From Paraglomus brasilianum (Eukaryota), in NCBI GenBank assembly GCA_910592345.1, contig CAJVPI010000292.1:1-36511 (forward strand): DNA of 36,511 nucleotides, written 5' to 3'. The notes under the pieces were generated by a model. The model saw only the letters and a program-made list of their open reading frames with translations. It ran no database searches and was not told where the DNA came from. Each line of letters starts with the position of its first letter. Position 1 is the first letter of the stretch. The position numbers and the translations under genes are program-made. Shown here one piece after another: positions 25,095 through 36,500 of this stretch.

Positions 25095-25364
25095 CGGAAC
25101 TTAATCCCTTGGGTGGAACTTTAATCCACGGAATACAGCCAAGCAACGACGACAGGGGGTTAGTCTCAATGCGCCATACATAGAGCTCATTCCTTCGGAA
25201 CTTGATCCCTTGGGTGGCTCGGAACCCTTCACCACGGAATACAGTTGTCATCACAAACTTGAGACCATATCGAGGTATGCCTCAGTATGTGTATGTGAAT
25301 GCGCGAACAGGTGTGAGATGACCACGTCGTACAGGACGCGTGATGGGTGGCCGAACCCCTCGAG
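25095..25364. repeat. GC-richer direct repeats, 101-bp spacing
   Basis: CGGAACTTRATCCCTTGGGTGG...CCACGGAATACAG at 25095 and 25196, with a partial third copy GGGTGGCCGAACCCCT at 25345. Confidence 0.8.
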
Positions 25365-25750
25365 TTCAATTTGTTAGAAGTAGAAAAAAATAATTAGACA
25401 ACTGGCTGTAACAAAGTTTGGCTAGAGTAAATTTTGTTTTATAGTAAACACAATTATCTAAAAGGTGCGCATTTTGGTAAACATCTTCGATATACTCAAC
25501 TAGAGTAAGATTTGTCAACAAAACTATCCCCCAACACATTGGTCTAATCTGATACTGATTGATTTGTTCGATAATCACAATAGCGGTCAGTTGAAGCAAC
25601 TCAAGAAAAAAAAAGATACATGCTTTCAACTCCAGAATGACACGTGCATATCTCCTCCAATTTTAGGTCGATTTAAACAATGTAAATTGTAAAATGATTG
25701 TCAGATAAAGGATTTTATATTTATTCATTTTGAATTCATCAATTAGAACG

Positions 25751-26182
25751 ATGACTTCCAGACAAGAGACAAATCGCCAAGCTATACAACTATTGTGGGA
25801 TCAAGGTATTCGGAATGCTGCAGAGATTCATAAATGCAAGGTTATCCCACAGTGTAGTTTATGAAAACATTAACAACCTGGAACCGTTAACCTCGCATAA
25901 AACTTTCTTCGGGATAACATGCCTGAGGCAATAGACTGGCCTTCTAACAGTCCTAACCTAAATCCAATAGAGAATCTCTTGAGTATTGTTAAAAAAGAAA
26001 TGCAGCGATTTGCGGCGTTTTATGGTCATGATATTCCACAATCAACCCTAATTGGGTTAGTACATCAATGAAGCTTGTAACGGTGAACGCCATACTAATT
26101 TTTTTTTTTTAATAAAATCTGGCATAAAATTCTTGCGTAATGTGTAATTTTGTAATTCCGGGATTTTTTGTCCCACACTGTA
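25751..26182 (+). mobile_element. Internally deleted Tc1-like transposon relic with right terminal repeat
   Basis: N-terminus MTSRQETNRQAIQLLWDQGIRNAAEIHK, then DWPSNSPNLNPIENLLSIVKK. Ends in TTTTTTGTCCCACACTG-TA (CAGTG-type TIR plus TA). Confidence 0.8.
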
Positions 26183-26234
26183 TGCAGTGACAGGAATAAT
26201 AACTGCTATGGACGGATCTGTGACAATGTGCGGA

Positions 26235-27777
26235 TTACTTTTTCAACTTTTCCGTTAGTTCTGGAACAGCACTAAACAGATCAGCAATAAGGCCAAAATC
26301 AGCAATCTGTTGGAAGAAAAAAGTTTTTAGTATTAAGTAAAAATGATAAGAGAATGTCTATTAAATAGATATTAACCTGTAATATTGGAGCCTCAGCATC
26401 GTTATTAATTGCTGCTATTACTTTGCTGTCCTTCATACCAGCAATGTGTTGTATTGCACCACTAATGCCCACTGCTAGATAAAGATCTATTAGACAATAA
26501 TAAGTTAGCAACTAATTGTAAATGTGATGCAAGAACGAAGAATAAAAATCCTTCATCACCTGGAGCAACGACTTTGCCTGTTTGTCCAACCTACAAAAGA
26601 AGACATGTATAGTATTACAATTACAATGGTAATAATTTGACGTCAACCAACAACAAAATCATCATTTCATTACCTGTAAAGCATTATCACAGTATCCTGA
26701 ATCTACAGCAGCTCTTGATGCGCCAACTAAGCATAAAAGTTTTGTCTTAATATTTCACTCTTTTCGGTTACAATATTTTGTCCTTCTCAACGTTGGCAAA
26801 AGTTAAATGTACTTGGAATCTTAACTCCCAACATGTATTCTATAGATTGTACACTGCTTCTATCTTACCGGCTGCTCCGAGGGCATCGGCCAGGCTAAAC
26901 ATAAGTTTATCAAAATTCTCTCGGCTCTTTAGCGCTCTCCCACCAGACACGACTCTCGGTGCTGATCCCAATTCTGGTCTATCACTCTTTTGCAATTCCT
27001 CCCCGACCCATTCAGTTAAAGATGGTTTCTCAGACTCTGAAGCGGGTTCGGTGGGTGCATTATTGTCGCCTTGTTTTGCGGCAGGAAAAGCGGTGCTACG
27101 AACAGTGACCACTTTTACAGGATCATTAGACTTTACTTTTGCAATTGCATTGCCTATATATAATCAAGTCGATAGGATCAGCAATGACTCGAAGAAGATC
27201 GAAGTTGGTGCGCAATTAACATTACCTGCATATATTGGCCTAATAAATATATCGGTTCCTTCGATGCCAATAATGTCTGATATTTGCGCAACATCCAGTA
27301 ATGCCGCGACTCTGGGTAAAATATTCTTTCCAAATGCACTATTTGAGGCCAACAAGTGTGTAAAGCTGTGCGTTTTCTGAGCCGCAATTACAAGTGGAGC
27401 ATACACTTCCGATATACCATGCTCATATGCCTTATCCTTGGCAGTCAGAACTTTAGAGACACCAGGAAACTTTGCAATTGTTGTGGCTACCTGTTCAGGA
27501 TTTTCGCCTGCCACTAGTGCAGTAATACTGCCGCCAAGCTTACTTGCTGCTGTAAGGGTGTTGAATGTAGAAGAAGCTATGTTATTATCCTTGTGCTCAA
27601 CAAGAAGAAGGCTAGAAACGCTTTGTGCAGTCGCATATTGACGATGGAAGAGGGGGAGAGTCTAAAGGAGAAAGGGTTAGTATGTATAGAGCCTCTACTT
27701 GAGCGAGTTGAAAATGCTATGATGCTTACCGCATGGACTCTAGATCTGCTTGCAATGGCTTGGCGCAAGGCAAACAT
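26235..27777 (-). CDS. ETFA: Electron transfer flavoprotein alpha subunit, mitochondrial, 7 exons
   Basis: [87 protein letters not shown]. Confidence 0.97.
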
Positions 27778-28216
27778 TGTCGCTATCAGATCAGCGAAAA
27801 ATGAAATATATTTTTTTACTTACCATATTAGACAAGTTTTGTGATATGCGGGATCGACCTAATGCAATCGGAATTACGACATATATAGTACCAACAACGA
27901 GATGTTGCTTCTTGGAGATCCCAGTCATTACACAGTCAAGTAAAGGCTTGATAAAATAGCGATCGCACTATAATTTCTCGATATTTAATATTGTGGGAAA
28001 CTCCCTGTTCCACTTACATGTAAATTTGACTATTACTATACTACATTCCTGATCTTAATACAATAGAAAATGTCTGGTCCGCTCTTAACGTAAATATAAA
28101 CAAAAAAAGCATCCAAAGAAGTTTTAGATAGAAAATGGCAAGGTATTCCATTAGAGGCTATCACTAATGATATTCGTAACATTTTAAAAATCTTACTAAA
28201 TTCAGTATTGAGTTAA

Positions 28217-29500
28217 TTACAAGGAATTAGCAAATATGTTAGTATGTTGTAACAAGAAAATATTTTGTTGAAAAAATGTCCAATCGCGATTATGGTTTTC
28301 CAGGACTGTAATCGTGTCTTCCCAGTCTAATCCTGGATATTCTACCAAACGAACACGCTTTTTGCTGGGGGTTATGTTATCCTTGCTGTCCATCGTATTA
28401 CAATTACTCTTTTGTTCGAGTGGGTTGACATCAAAATCGCCCTCTAATATTTCACCTTCCTCTAGAATTTGTTCTTCCTCATGTTTCTCATGCGTTTCAC
28501 CTACATTACCTTCGTTAGCGTCTTCTATGTTCAATAAATTATGTACATTTTTATTTCTTATATTATCGCCTTTTTCCTCTTGACTCGTTCCATCATGTTC
28601 GTTTACCCCGTACACTTGTAGTTTAACATTCTCTCCATCTTCATAGTATAGTCTGCGTCTTCTAACTTTCGCTTCCTTCAATGGATCTAAATAGGTAAAC
28701 AAGTAGTAGAATATTGCGTACACGTCCATTACTATCCAGCCTCTATCTCCTTCGTTCATTCATACCTTCACCCTCATAACGCCAATATCCGGGCGGATAC
28801 CCAAATATTCGCATCAAGGGATACCATGGTGGTATATCTTCATTCCCAGAACCCTTCATTCCCAACGCCTCCTTTAAGTCATCCGATAGTTTTCCCGGGA
28901 CTAGCTGATCTATCATATTCTCCCGTTCTATTTCTATATGAAATCGGCTATGAAAAGGTTGAGGCATAGGATTCTTTAAATCAAACTCTGTTCGATTCTG
29001 ATTGATACGCGTTGGAGAATGAGGTTCGGGGCATGATTTAAAACTGTGTGATTTTGACTTGCAGTTGAAGCAGTACCGTGTCAGAATTATTATCTCGGAT
29101 GAGCTGGCAAATGGGTAAGACAGTTGAAGCACATGCAGTGTTAGACAGACTCGAATGAATAGCATTCTATAATTATATATACTCACTCGGCTTGCTTTAA
29201 CTGATTCGTTTCGTCTGGGTCAGTTTCGGTATCCGTGTGATGCTCTTGAGGACCAAGTATGTCTTTTATTTGTCGTTGGTAACGAGGTACGTTCGCCAAG
29301 TTTTCGCCATTACGTTTCTTACGATCTACAGTAAAGCCGAGGCCTATCTTATTTTCACACTGATCAGCATTCGAATGGGGACGCTTGGGTAGCAGGGATT
29401 TATAAGGGGAGAAACGTCGAAGTGGGGACGCTTTGTGACGTATGACATGTTCTGAAGACTTCAATTGGGAAACAGGCGATACTTCCAACTTTCCCGACAT
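28217..29500 (-). CDS. CCHC zinc-knuckle plus PSP-domain protein (ZCCHC8-like), 3 exons
   Basis: CFNCKSKSHSFKSC knuckle, PGKLSDDLKEALG...PPWYPLMRIFGYPPGY (PSP domain) and LVEYPG. Exons join in frame at GT-AG introns. The exact C-terminus is uncertain. Confidence 0.85.
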
Positions 29501-29539
29501 TCGTAAGAATTTCTGAGCGAAGGCACGTATATATGTACA

Positions 29540-29580
29540 GTATGTGTATGTGGTATATGTGTATGTGTGCGTGTGTGTGA
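29540..29580. repeat. Imperfect (TG)/(TATG) microsatellite upstream of the ZCCHC8-like gene
   Basis: GTATGTGTATGTGGTATATGTGTATGTGTGCGTGTGTGTG. Confidence 0.7.
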
Positions 29581-30015
29581 ACAAAAGCAGTGCAAATCTT
29601 TCTGTGAGGTTATCAAGGTTATTTTACTATTTTCGTTCCACACAAAATCAAACTAGGCAACCATAGTGTTTGCACTTCGCTTTAAATCATAGCTTCCAAG
29701 AAGCAGCAGTGGAAATTGATGCCGAAATAAGCTCAGCAAATGTACAACCAGACAAGCTTATCTATTGCACGTAACTGATGCTAACATGGGATTGCTCTTA
29801 TGCATTCAATAGTTTCAACTTGTATAAATGCGAGTATATTTTGTTTTTTATTAGGAATATCAGATATTAGCCTGCCATTTCTGAGAGTCATTAGTTATTC
29901 GTAATCTGCTTAATGTATTATATTGTCTTGTTCACAAGACTCGCTCTGTAAAAGACATTGATGGCCCTTTGCATAAAGTTCAAGACGCATAAACAAAAGA
30001 CAATCCCTGCTAGCA

Positions 30016-32069
30016 CTAAATATATCGCTGCACGACAACAGAGTTAAGAAGCGATGCATCAGTCAAAGTCTGTGATTCATCTGTAAGCTCTTTTGTGGGG
30101 AATGTTGTTTGAAGAATATAACCACGGCTTGCTTCACCCGCTCGAGACCTGTTGATTAACGAGAAATATGTTTGTAATGACGCAAAAACCTGAAGTTTGT
30201 TAATCAAAATATAATAAAATAAAATGTGCAAGGCACAATCATACGCATTAATAAAATTTCGAATATCGCCAATAGTATGCGTATGATTAAATCTGGCGAC
30301 CATCCTACGATATTAAATCAAGAGTTAAATACATTTCGAAATGCGTCAAGGAAAACATTCTTTCAATTTTCTTACCTGGTTCCGTCTCCAAGCCTAACCT
30401 GAATAGATGTTGTCGGTAACGATTCATCGAGCTGAAATTCGGTTTGTCGCTGTGTCGGAGTCGCGGATGAAGCAGGTGATGAGACAGAGCTACTAGTAGC
30501 CACTGCGCCCACAATACTATAAATAATGAGATGAGTGAGCTGTGCAACACTAGTAATAAAAGGCTTTAGATGCAAATATTGACCTTCCTAACCGTTGACC
30601 ACTTCCTGAAAAAGGCAAGGATGGTTTCTTGGGTGGAGGCTTATAGTCCTCATCTAGTCGTCGCGCCACTCGCATGTCTACCGGTTGCCCTGTTTTGACA
30701 TTAAGAAGTTGTAAAGGAGCGCGACTGTAGTGTTGAACAAGACACGCAGTATTAATAGTCAGGTAATTGATAAATACATACTATGATAGGAACAGACACG
30801 AATGTCTTACCCGCTATTAATTGCTTGTAAAAACTCTTTATTTGCTGGATCATCGTAAGCCATTAGCGGTCCGTCTTCAATACTGAATCCGTTCCTCCAG
30901 AAAGTCAGATGCCGCACAACCTATTATTCACGCTAACTGAGCTCTTGTCTAGATATCTGTAATCAGACAGTCAATGAACCTACAGGTTGAAGTTCTTCGG
31001 GTTCATGTGAACCCGAGTCTGCGCTACTCGGAATTACAACGGATGGTTCATCTTCGCTTCCAAGTCTGTATCCTGTTTGTGGATTATGGAAGACATATAA
31101 ATGAGCAGTACATGCTAACATGAATACAGTAATAATACTAATCCATACTTACCGGTTCCACCAAAATGACTTGGCTTGGTTGGTTTAGCAACATCATCTT
31201 CAACGGCGGCGCGCCCACCTCTTGAACACGTTGCATATGCGCAAGGATATAACGGGAGCACAATAGTGTAAGTGACATAATTATTAACGTATACAAAAAC
31301 AAACTAGCATATATCTATATCTAATTGCATCAATGGATTGGGAGTGTTTACTTACTCCGCAGCCTTCCGGAGAATGTCTCCGACCAATGAACCTGTTGCC
31401 TTTACACTTGGATTTTGCGTGAATATACCACTGATCGATGAATAGAAACACAAGTTAGATAAACGGTAATCAATTATATCGCAGTAGTCAACAACGATTC
31501 AACATACGACTTCTCGCCGCCAGCAAACAAGTTCTCGTGCTCCTCGTCGTCTTCAGCTTCTTCCTCAGCTGAATGGCCAGTAAAGTCACGCAATGTAGCT
31601 ACACGCCGTTCTGTGCTTGTGCTATTAACACGACCTAAAGCACTTAGCATCTCAATTTATTCCATCCGACCAATATTTGAGACTTATAATCATTTTGAAA
31701 CTTTACCTTTTTCCGGTCTTCTGTCCCGAGGAAGAAGTAGAAGAAGAAGCCTCAACTGCAGAGGAGGAAGATGCAGCTGCAGAAGAAGACGGGAAATTCC
31801 CCGGCATAATTGACGGTTCACTTTCAAACATTTCGTCTTCCAAGTCCTGCTCTGTCCCGTCTTCATAAAAGTTACTCAGCGCAGTCTAAGTATATGAAGA
31901 GACGCGAGCTTTAGAATGCCATTGGCTTCGCATTAAGACGTGTATATACATTAGTGTAGAAAGGTACTTGGAGATCCCAATTATTGGCTTCGAGGTAGAA
32001 AAGAGCTTTGCTCTCATTTATGGGAACAATACCCCGAAATTTCTCAAGTAATTCGTCGTGATCGTCCAT
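30016..32069 (-). CDS. SHP1: Cdc48/p97 cofactor p47 (UBA-SEP-UBX), 11 exons
   Basis: [18 protein letters not shown] (UBA-like), [22 protein letters not shown]...INSGRAPL (SEP), FSGSGQRLG (SHP box), [24 protein letters not shown]...TTFPTKEL (UBX). Confidence 0.96.
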
Positions 32070-32173
32070 AGTTCTAAGAGAAATGAAATAAGATGGTGTG
32101 TCTACTGATTACGTTTCCTGTCCTATCTGCAATTGTTCTTTTAAAATTGGTTGTTATACAAATCATGCATTTT

Positions 32174-32179
32174 CACGTG
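32174..32179. promoter_or_regulatory. E-box CACGTG in the short SHP1/VPS28 divergent intergenic region
   Basis: TCACGTGA palindrome within 171 bp between the two start codons. Function is inferred only. Confidence 0.35.
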
Positions 32180-32240
32180 ATTTAATAATAATTACATCAT
32201 ACTCGGAGCATGCAAAGACCAAACCAGCAATCTTGGTTAT

Positions 32241-33385
32241 ATGGCTGCTTATCCTTCTACGCGAAATGATTCGCCCGGTAATAGTTCTAAACACTGTAAG
32301 TTTTGCAAGTTGTGGTTTCCGCGAGTTCCTTAGTGTTTTGTTTCAAGAATTCCGCTTATACGATTTCTCCCCTCGGGATAATTGCTCAACAGTCCCCGCA
32401 TTAGACGAGGTATCAAATAACTGTTTACCATCGCTTGCATTTTTTCGGCGTATGGAGAGTTTCCGATTAACAATGGAACCGACATTTTGTGTAGGAAGTC
32501 AGATTATATACTAATACTATAGATCGGGAGAAATACGAGAACCTCGCTGACTTGTATGCAATCATTGTCACAATGGAACACCTCGAAAAAGCCTACATCA
32601 AGGACTCGATTAAACATACAGAGTAAGAGGACTAATAAACGTTCGAATTATTTATTATTGGTTTCCGTTAATTTTCATGATCCTAATGATAAGGAATGAC
32701 TAGTTATACTCCTGCTTGTTCGAAATTGATCGCACAGTACAAAACAGCTTTGAATTTGGTAAGCGATCATGTGCCTGATATTGAGAAATTTATGAAAGAG
32801 TACAAGGTAAGAGCAAAGGCCTGGTATTGTAATTGGAGGGCTTTCTTTTCTTGACAACGCGATATTGATATGTTTCGTTCTTTCGTAATAGCTCGGATGT
32901 CCCGCAGCAGCCAATAGGTTTAAGATAGGGGTTCCGGCTACTATAGAACATTCGACTGGCGCTGGACATGGATCTGGAGCCTCAGCAAAATATGTGGCTG
33001 AAACTGTGACGGTGAGATATGCAGTCGTAAAATTAGCTGTCGCCTGTCATTGGATATCTTGACCTTATTCTCTCAAACTATATGTATCTCCTCAACCATG
33101 CATTTCTTCTATTTTTAGCATTTTATTACGCTAATGGATACTCTCAAACTGAACATGAAGGCAGTGGACGAGTTACATCCGATCCTAAGTGATCTAATGC
33201 AAAGTCTCAACAATGTAAGCTCTCTCCCTGCCGATTTCGAAGGAAAGGCAAAGGTAAGAAAGTGGCTGATAACTTTAAATTCAATGAAAGCGAGTGATGA
33301 GATCAACGCGGAGCAAGTACGGCAATTGTCCTTTGACATGGAAAACTCGTATAATGCCTTCTATCGTTCATTATCGAAAAGTTGA
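32241..33385 (+). CDS. VPS28: ESCRT-I subunit Vps28, 6 exons
   Basis: LDEEVRLYTN..REKYENLADLYAIIVTMEHLEKAYIKDSI, YTPACSKLIAQYK, GVPATIEH, HFITLMDTLKL...VDELHPILSDL...QVRQLSFDMENSYNAF. Confidence 0.96.
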
Positions 33386-33850
33386 AGTTCGATAGTTACA
33401 AGTACTTTTTGTGCGAATAATGAGGACTACGCACACTATTTTATGTGCATAGTCTCTAATCAAAATAAGTCTATTTAATACACATAAAAAACCCCTCTTT
33501 ACTGTTAATAGTAGCGAACAATTTTATGGTTGAGAGAAGATGATCGTCGTATTTATCTTATTATTTGTCTATGGGATAGTGACTCTCTACCGAACATGAT
33601 CTCGTTCCTTTCAAAGAGAAGCAGATACTATTCTGCAAATATATACATAATAATTTTGTAAACAGCATCTATAACTTGGTAATAAATAATCAAAGGCCAA
33701 AATGCTTTGAATAGACAAAATCTAATGTCACGGATTTCCGAATAAGTTTCAAATGTTCAATAGAAAATCGATTAGAATTTTCAAAAGAAAAGAAAGAAAT
33801 AATGTTTGTAATTTATTCTGTTATATCCTCATCTCCACTTGTATTCGACT

Positions 33851-34762
33851 CTAAGCCTGTGCAACAACTTTTTCAACTGTCATTCCATTAGAAATCATCT
33901 CAATTTCCTTTCCTATTCCTACTACGACATTTTCCTCGTTCTCGTTCCATGGTCCGGCATCGCTCATGTGGCATCCATTCACACAATTGCAACGTCCACC
34001 AAATTTAGTGGGTAAACTATCCGCATCAATGTATTCAAGCAAAACCTTCTCATACTTCGAGCCCAATATTACAATCTTGGCAGCGGTGACCTCGTCCAGC
34101 ATAGGTTTCACCAACGACCAGACTGAAGAAAAGAGCATCGGTGCATTGATGATAAAGAATTTACCCATACGTTCCGGATAGTAGTTCTGCCCAATCGCAG
34201 AGGCTTGCTTCACATAGCCGAAGACACTGGAAAACGAGCGAAGGGAAACACCCTTGAGATCAAGTATGGTGCAAGATGTTTCGATCATTTTGCCGTGTCT
34301 GGCAGAACAAGCAGGAAGACGATAAGCAGCTAGTTTTTCGTATTCAACGACAAGGTTCTGGATCTGACGCTCTGGAGTAGTGATCTTGTAAAGGGCTTTA
34401 ATGTCGATATTTCCAATTTCTTCAACGTATATCGGTCGTCCTTCTTTGTCTGTTTTATGATAATAGCGGGGATAATATTTCATCACTTCGTTATGTTCGG
34501 TATAGTCGAAAGTTTTGACGAGATTCTCGACTCCAAACTCTTTCCGCCACTTTTCGCAATCAATAAACATCTTTTTTGCTTTTGCCAAGTCAAATCTACG
34601 AGCGCGAAGGAAACGAAGAAGATAAGCATCGTCGTGGCGTTCTTTGTCGTAAAAACCTTCGTCTGAGAGCTCCCGACGAAACTTTTCAAGGGTTTCAGCC
34701 TGCTGTGGACTGAGTGAACCGATATGTCCTGAATATTTTTGTCCAGTTGTTGCAGGCGGCAT
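33851..34762 (-). CDS. SEC14: Sec14 phosphatidylinositol/phosphatidylcholine transfer protein, single exon
   Basis: Uninterrupted 303-aa ORF: LLRFLRARRFD, YHKTDKEGRP, ETSCTILDLKGV, QNYYPERMGKFFIINAP, SDAGPW. Confidence 0.97.
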   Translation of the reverse strand: MPPATTGQKYSGHIGSLSPQQAETLEKFRRELSDEGFYDKERHDDAYLLRFLRARRFDLAKAKKMFIDCEKWRKEFGVENLVKTFDYTEHNEVMKYYPRYYHKTDKEGRPIYVEEIGNIDIKALYKITTPERQIQNLVVEYEKLAAYRLPACSARHGKMIETSCTILDLKGVSLRSFSSVFGYVKQASAIGQNYYPERMGKFFIINAPMLFSSVWSLVKPMLDEVTAAKIVILGSKYEKVLLEYIDADSLPTKFGGRCNCVNGCHMSDAGPWNENEENVVVGIGKEIEMISNGMTVEKVVAQA

Positions 34763-35060
34763 ATTATTTACGAGTATTTCTTGGGTATTCAGTAAAGTAT
34801 TCGAACGTGATTAGTGAAAGTGCTGAAATAAGGAGAAGTTTAGTGTAAGCGGAGATGAGGAAGGCGGAAGATTTGTTTGGTCAATCCTAACAAAAGGAAG
34901 GTTATTTTATCAGAGGTTGGTGATTGAGACAAAGATCATACCGTTTTGCCCCCCTCATTATATGATTAATTGTGGCTGTGTTACCATATTTGATATGCTA
35001 TTAAAGGAAAATCATTATTAATTATTGGAACTAGATGCTTGACTCACGTGATTATCACAG

Positions 35061-35205
35061 TACAGCGAACTATTGTTTATTATTATAGTCACACCATAGC
35101 TATAGACTGAGTAAATCTATTATGAAACTGGCACTAGAGAGAATGTAGGAGAGTGTGACTGCAGACAGAGTTTTCATATGGTGACTATAAACGAAGGGAC
35201 TATAG
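35061..35205. mobile_element. Degenerate pogo-like MITE relic (TAGTCAC family)
   Basis: TACAG start, TATAGTCAC and inverted GTGACTATA motifs as in 18019-18502. Ends are poorly matched. Confidence 0.35.
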
Positions 35206-35486
35206 ACATATTCTTTATGGTTATTGGTTGCTCAGCAGCTAATTTTTGTATAGTTACTACCGAATATTCGAGACTTTGAAGTCGGACTGTGCGTAGATAT
35301 TGCAAACATACTCATTAGCCATAACACACTTGCCATCATTCTTTCTTTTCTGACACAAAAGTTAAATTAAATGATGAGGGTAAATGACAGTAGGCTATAG
35401 TTGGACTTGCTTACGAGATTATTTTTATTAGTAGATGTTGGATCATGAAAAAAAGTGAATGACGTCGACGTTCAACACGCTCTATA

Positions 35487-35760
35487 TACGTGGGAGGGCT
35501 AACAAAGTTCTGCGCGTGGACCTTTATTTCCAGAAATTCCAATACAACTATTTTTATTCCTTCGAAATACTTTCCATTAAACTCTATACAACGCTCTAGC
35601 CGATTTCGCCAACTTTAAGAATTCTCATAGTTCTTTTTCGGGCCTTCAACAACTGCTTGCCAAATTTTTGATCTTATCAAATATTTTTCCCTTCAGTTCT
35701 TTTTTGATGAAAAAATCAACATTGCCCTTTACTGTCCAAAAACCAAAGACCTGCTCTCTA
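35487..35760 (-). mobile_element. mariner-type transposon 3' relic with terminal repeat
   Basis: The minus strand reads KKELKGKIFD and RLERCIEFNGKYFE (mariner C-terminal RWxxCI.xxGxYFE motif). End sequence TA-CGTGGGAGGGCTAACAAAGTTC resembles a mariner TIR. Confidence 0.75.
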
Positions 35761-35943
35761 GAGAACTTTCCCTATACCATAATTGTTATTTGCAAATTTT
35801 TAGTAATAATAAGGAATGCATCAATAATTACATTGTGAAAAGGTCTAGAAAGTTCCCAATATTAATATTAATATATTAAACCACTATACAGTATATAGAT
35901 CAACGTCTTTTTATTGTGGCGCAAAAAAATTTGCTTCCCCACA

Positions 35944-36129
35944 ATGAAGGATTGTGACGGCAACTTTCGTCGCGAATGCACCATTGACGCATGTGGCTGC
36001 CGTGAATACGATCCTGATGAATGTGGACGAGCTTGCCTGGAGTGCAAGCACCGGGCCGCCAAACACGTAATCCCAGACACTGTACCAGGTACGACTCTTT
36101 GTGACTCGGGCGTTGGGGACATAGAGTAG
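35944..36129 (+). CDS. Short Cys/His-rich putative Zn-binding peptide, possibly a first exon ending at 36088
   Basis: MKDCDGNFRRECTIDACGCREYDPDECGRACLECKHRAAKH with good ATG context and a candidate donor G|GTACGA at 36089. Confidence 0.4.
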   Translation: MKDCDGNFRRECTIDACGCREYDPDECGRACLECKHRAAKHVIPDTVPGTTLCDSGVGDIE

Positions 36130-36500
36130 TGTGTATATTGGGTGATTTTCTTGAGTTTTTGGGATATCACTTTATGACTCGGGAGGAAACGACTTCGTGA
36201 CTCAAAGTGTACTCGTAAATTGTGCGCCTTGATGTTATGAATTATTGAGAGAATGCTATAATGACTTTGTGACTCAGGCGTTGGGGACATAGAGTAGTGT
36301 TTACATAAAGGTTGATGATTTGCAGGCTCTCTTGCCACAAACTTCGTGACTCGGCGTTGGGATGTAGAGTAGAGCATTGCAAATATGCAATCTTTTTCGA
36401 TATTCCTTTTCACTTCGTGACTCGGTGGGTAGAGGCTGTCAGCGGTTTTCTTCGCGAGGCGGCTGCGCTCCCTCACCGTGACAATAGAGCTCTGTAGTGT
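36096..36500. repeat. Interspaced direct-repeat array (core CTTYGTGACTCGG, long form about 36 bp)
   Basis: TGACTC cores at 36102, 36175, 36198, 36270, 36347 and 36418. The long form CTTTGTGACTC(R)GGCGTTGGGGACATAGAGTAGTGT is near-identical at about 36097 and 36265. Confidence 0.8.

Noticed and set aside
26778..27641. Plus-strand ORFs of 200 and 67 aa, and similar shadow ORFs over PPR, SEC14 and SHP1
   Set aside because: Antisense shadows of well-supported genes.
32098..32514. 138-aa ORF
   Set aside because: Runs through the VPS28 5' region and introns in a non-coding frame.
2555..33385. U12-type or non-canonical introns in the conserved genes
   Set aside because: All reconstructed introns are GT-AG and none has the RTATCCTT donor. 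SHP1 intron 1 (GTACCTTT) is only superficially similar.
35868..36476. 202-aa minus-strand ORF with repeated HYSMSPTPESQ
   Set aside because: GTG start, the DNA repeats fall in different frames, and there is no recognisable domain. It is probably a by-product of the array, although an upstream CTACAG acceptor leaves a small doubt.
36096..36500. True CRISPR array
   Set aside because: Eukaryotic context, no cas genes, degenerate and partly truncated repeats, and one irregular 23-bp interval.
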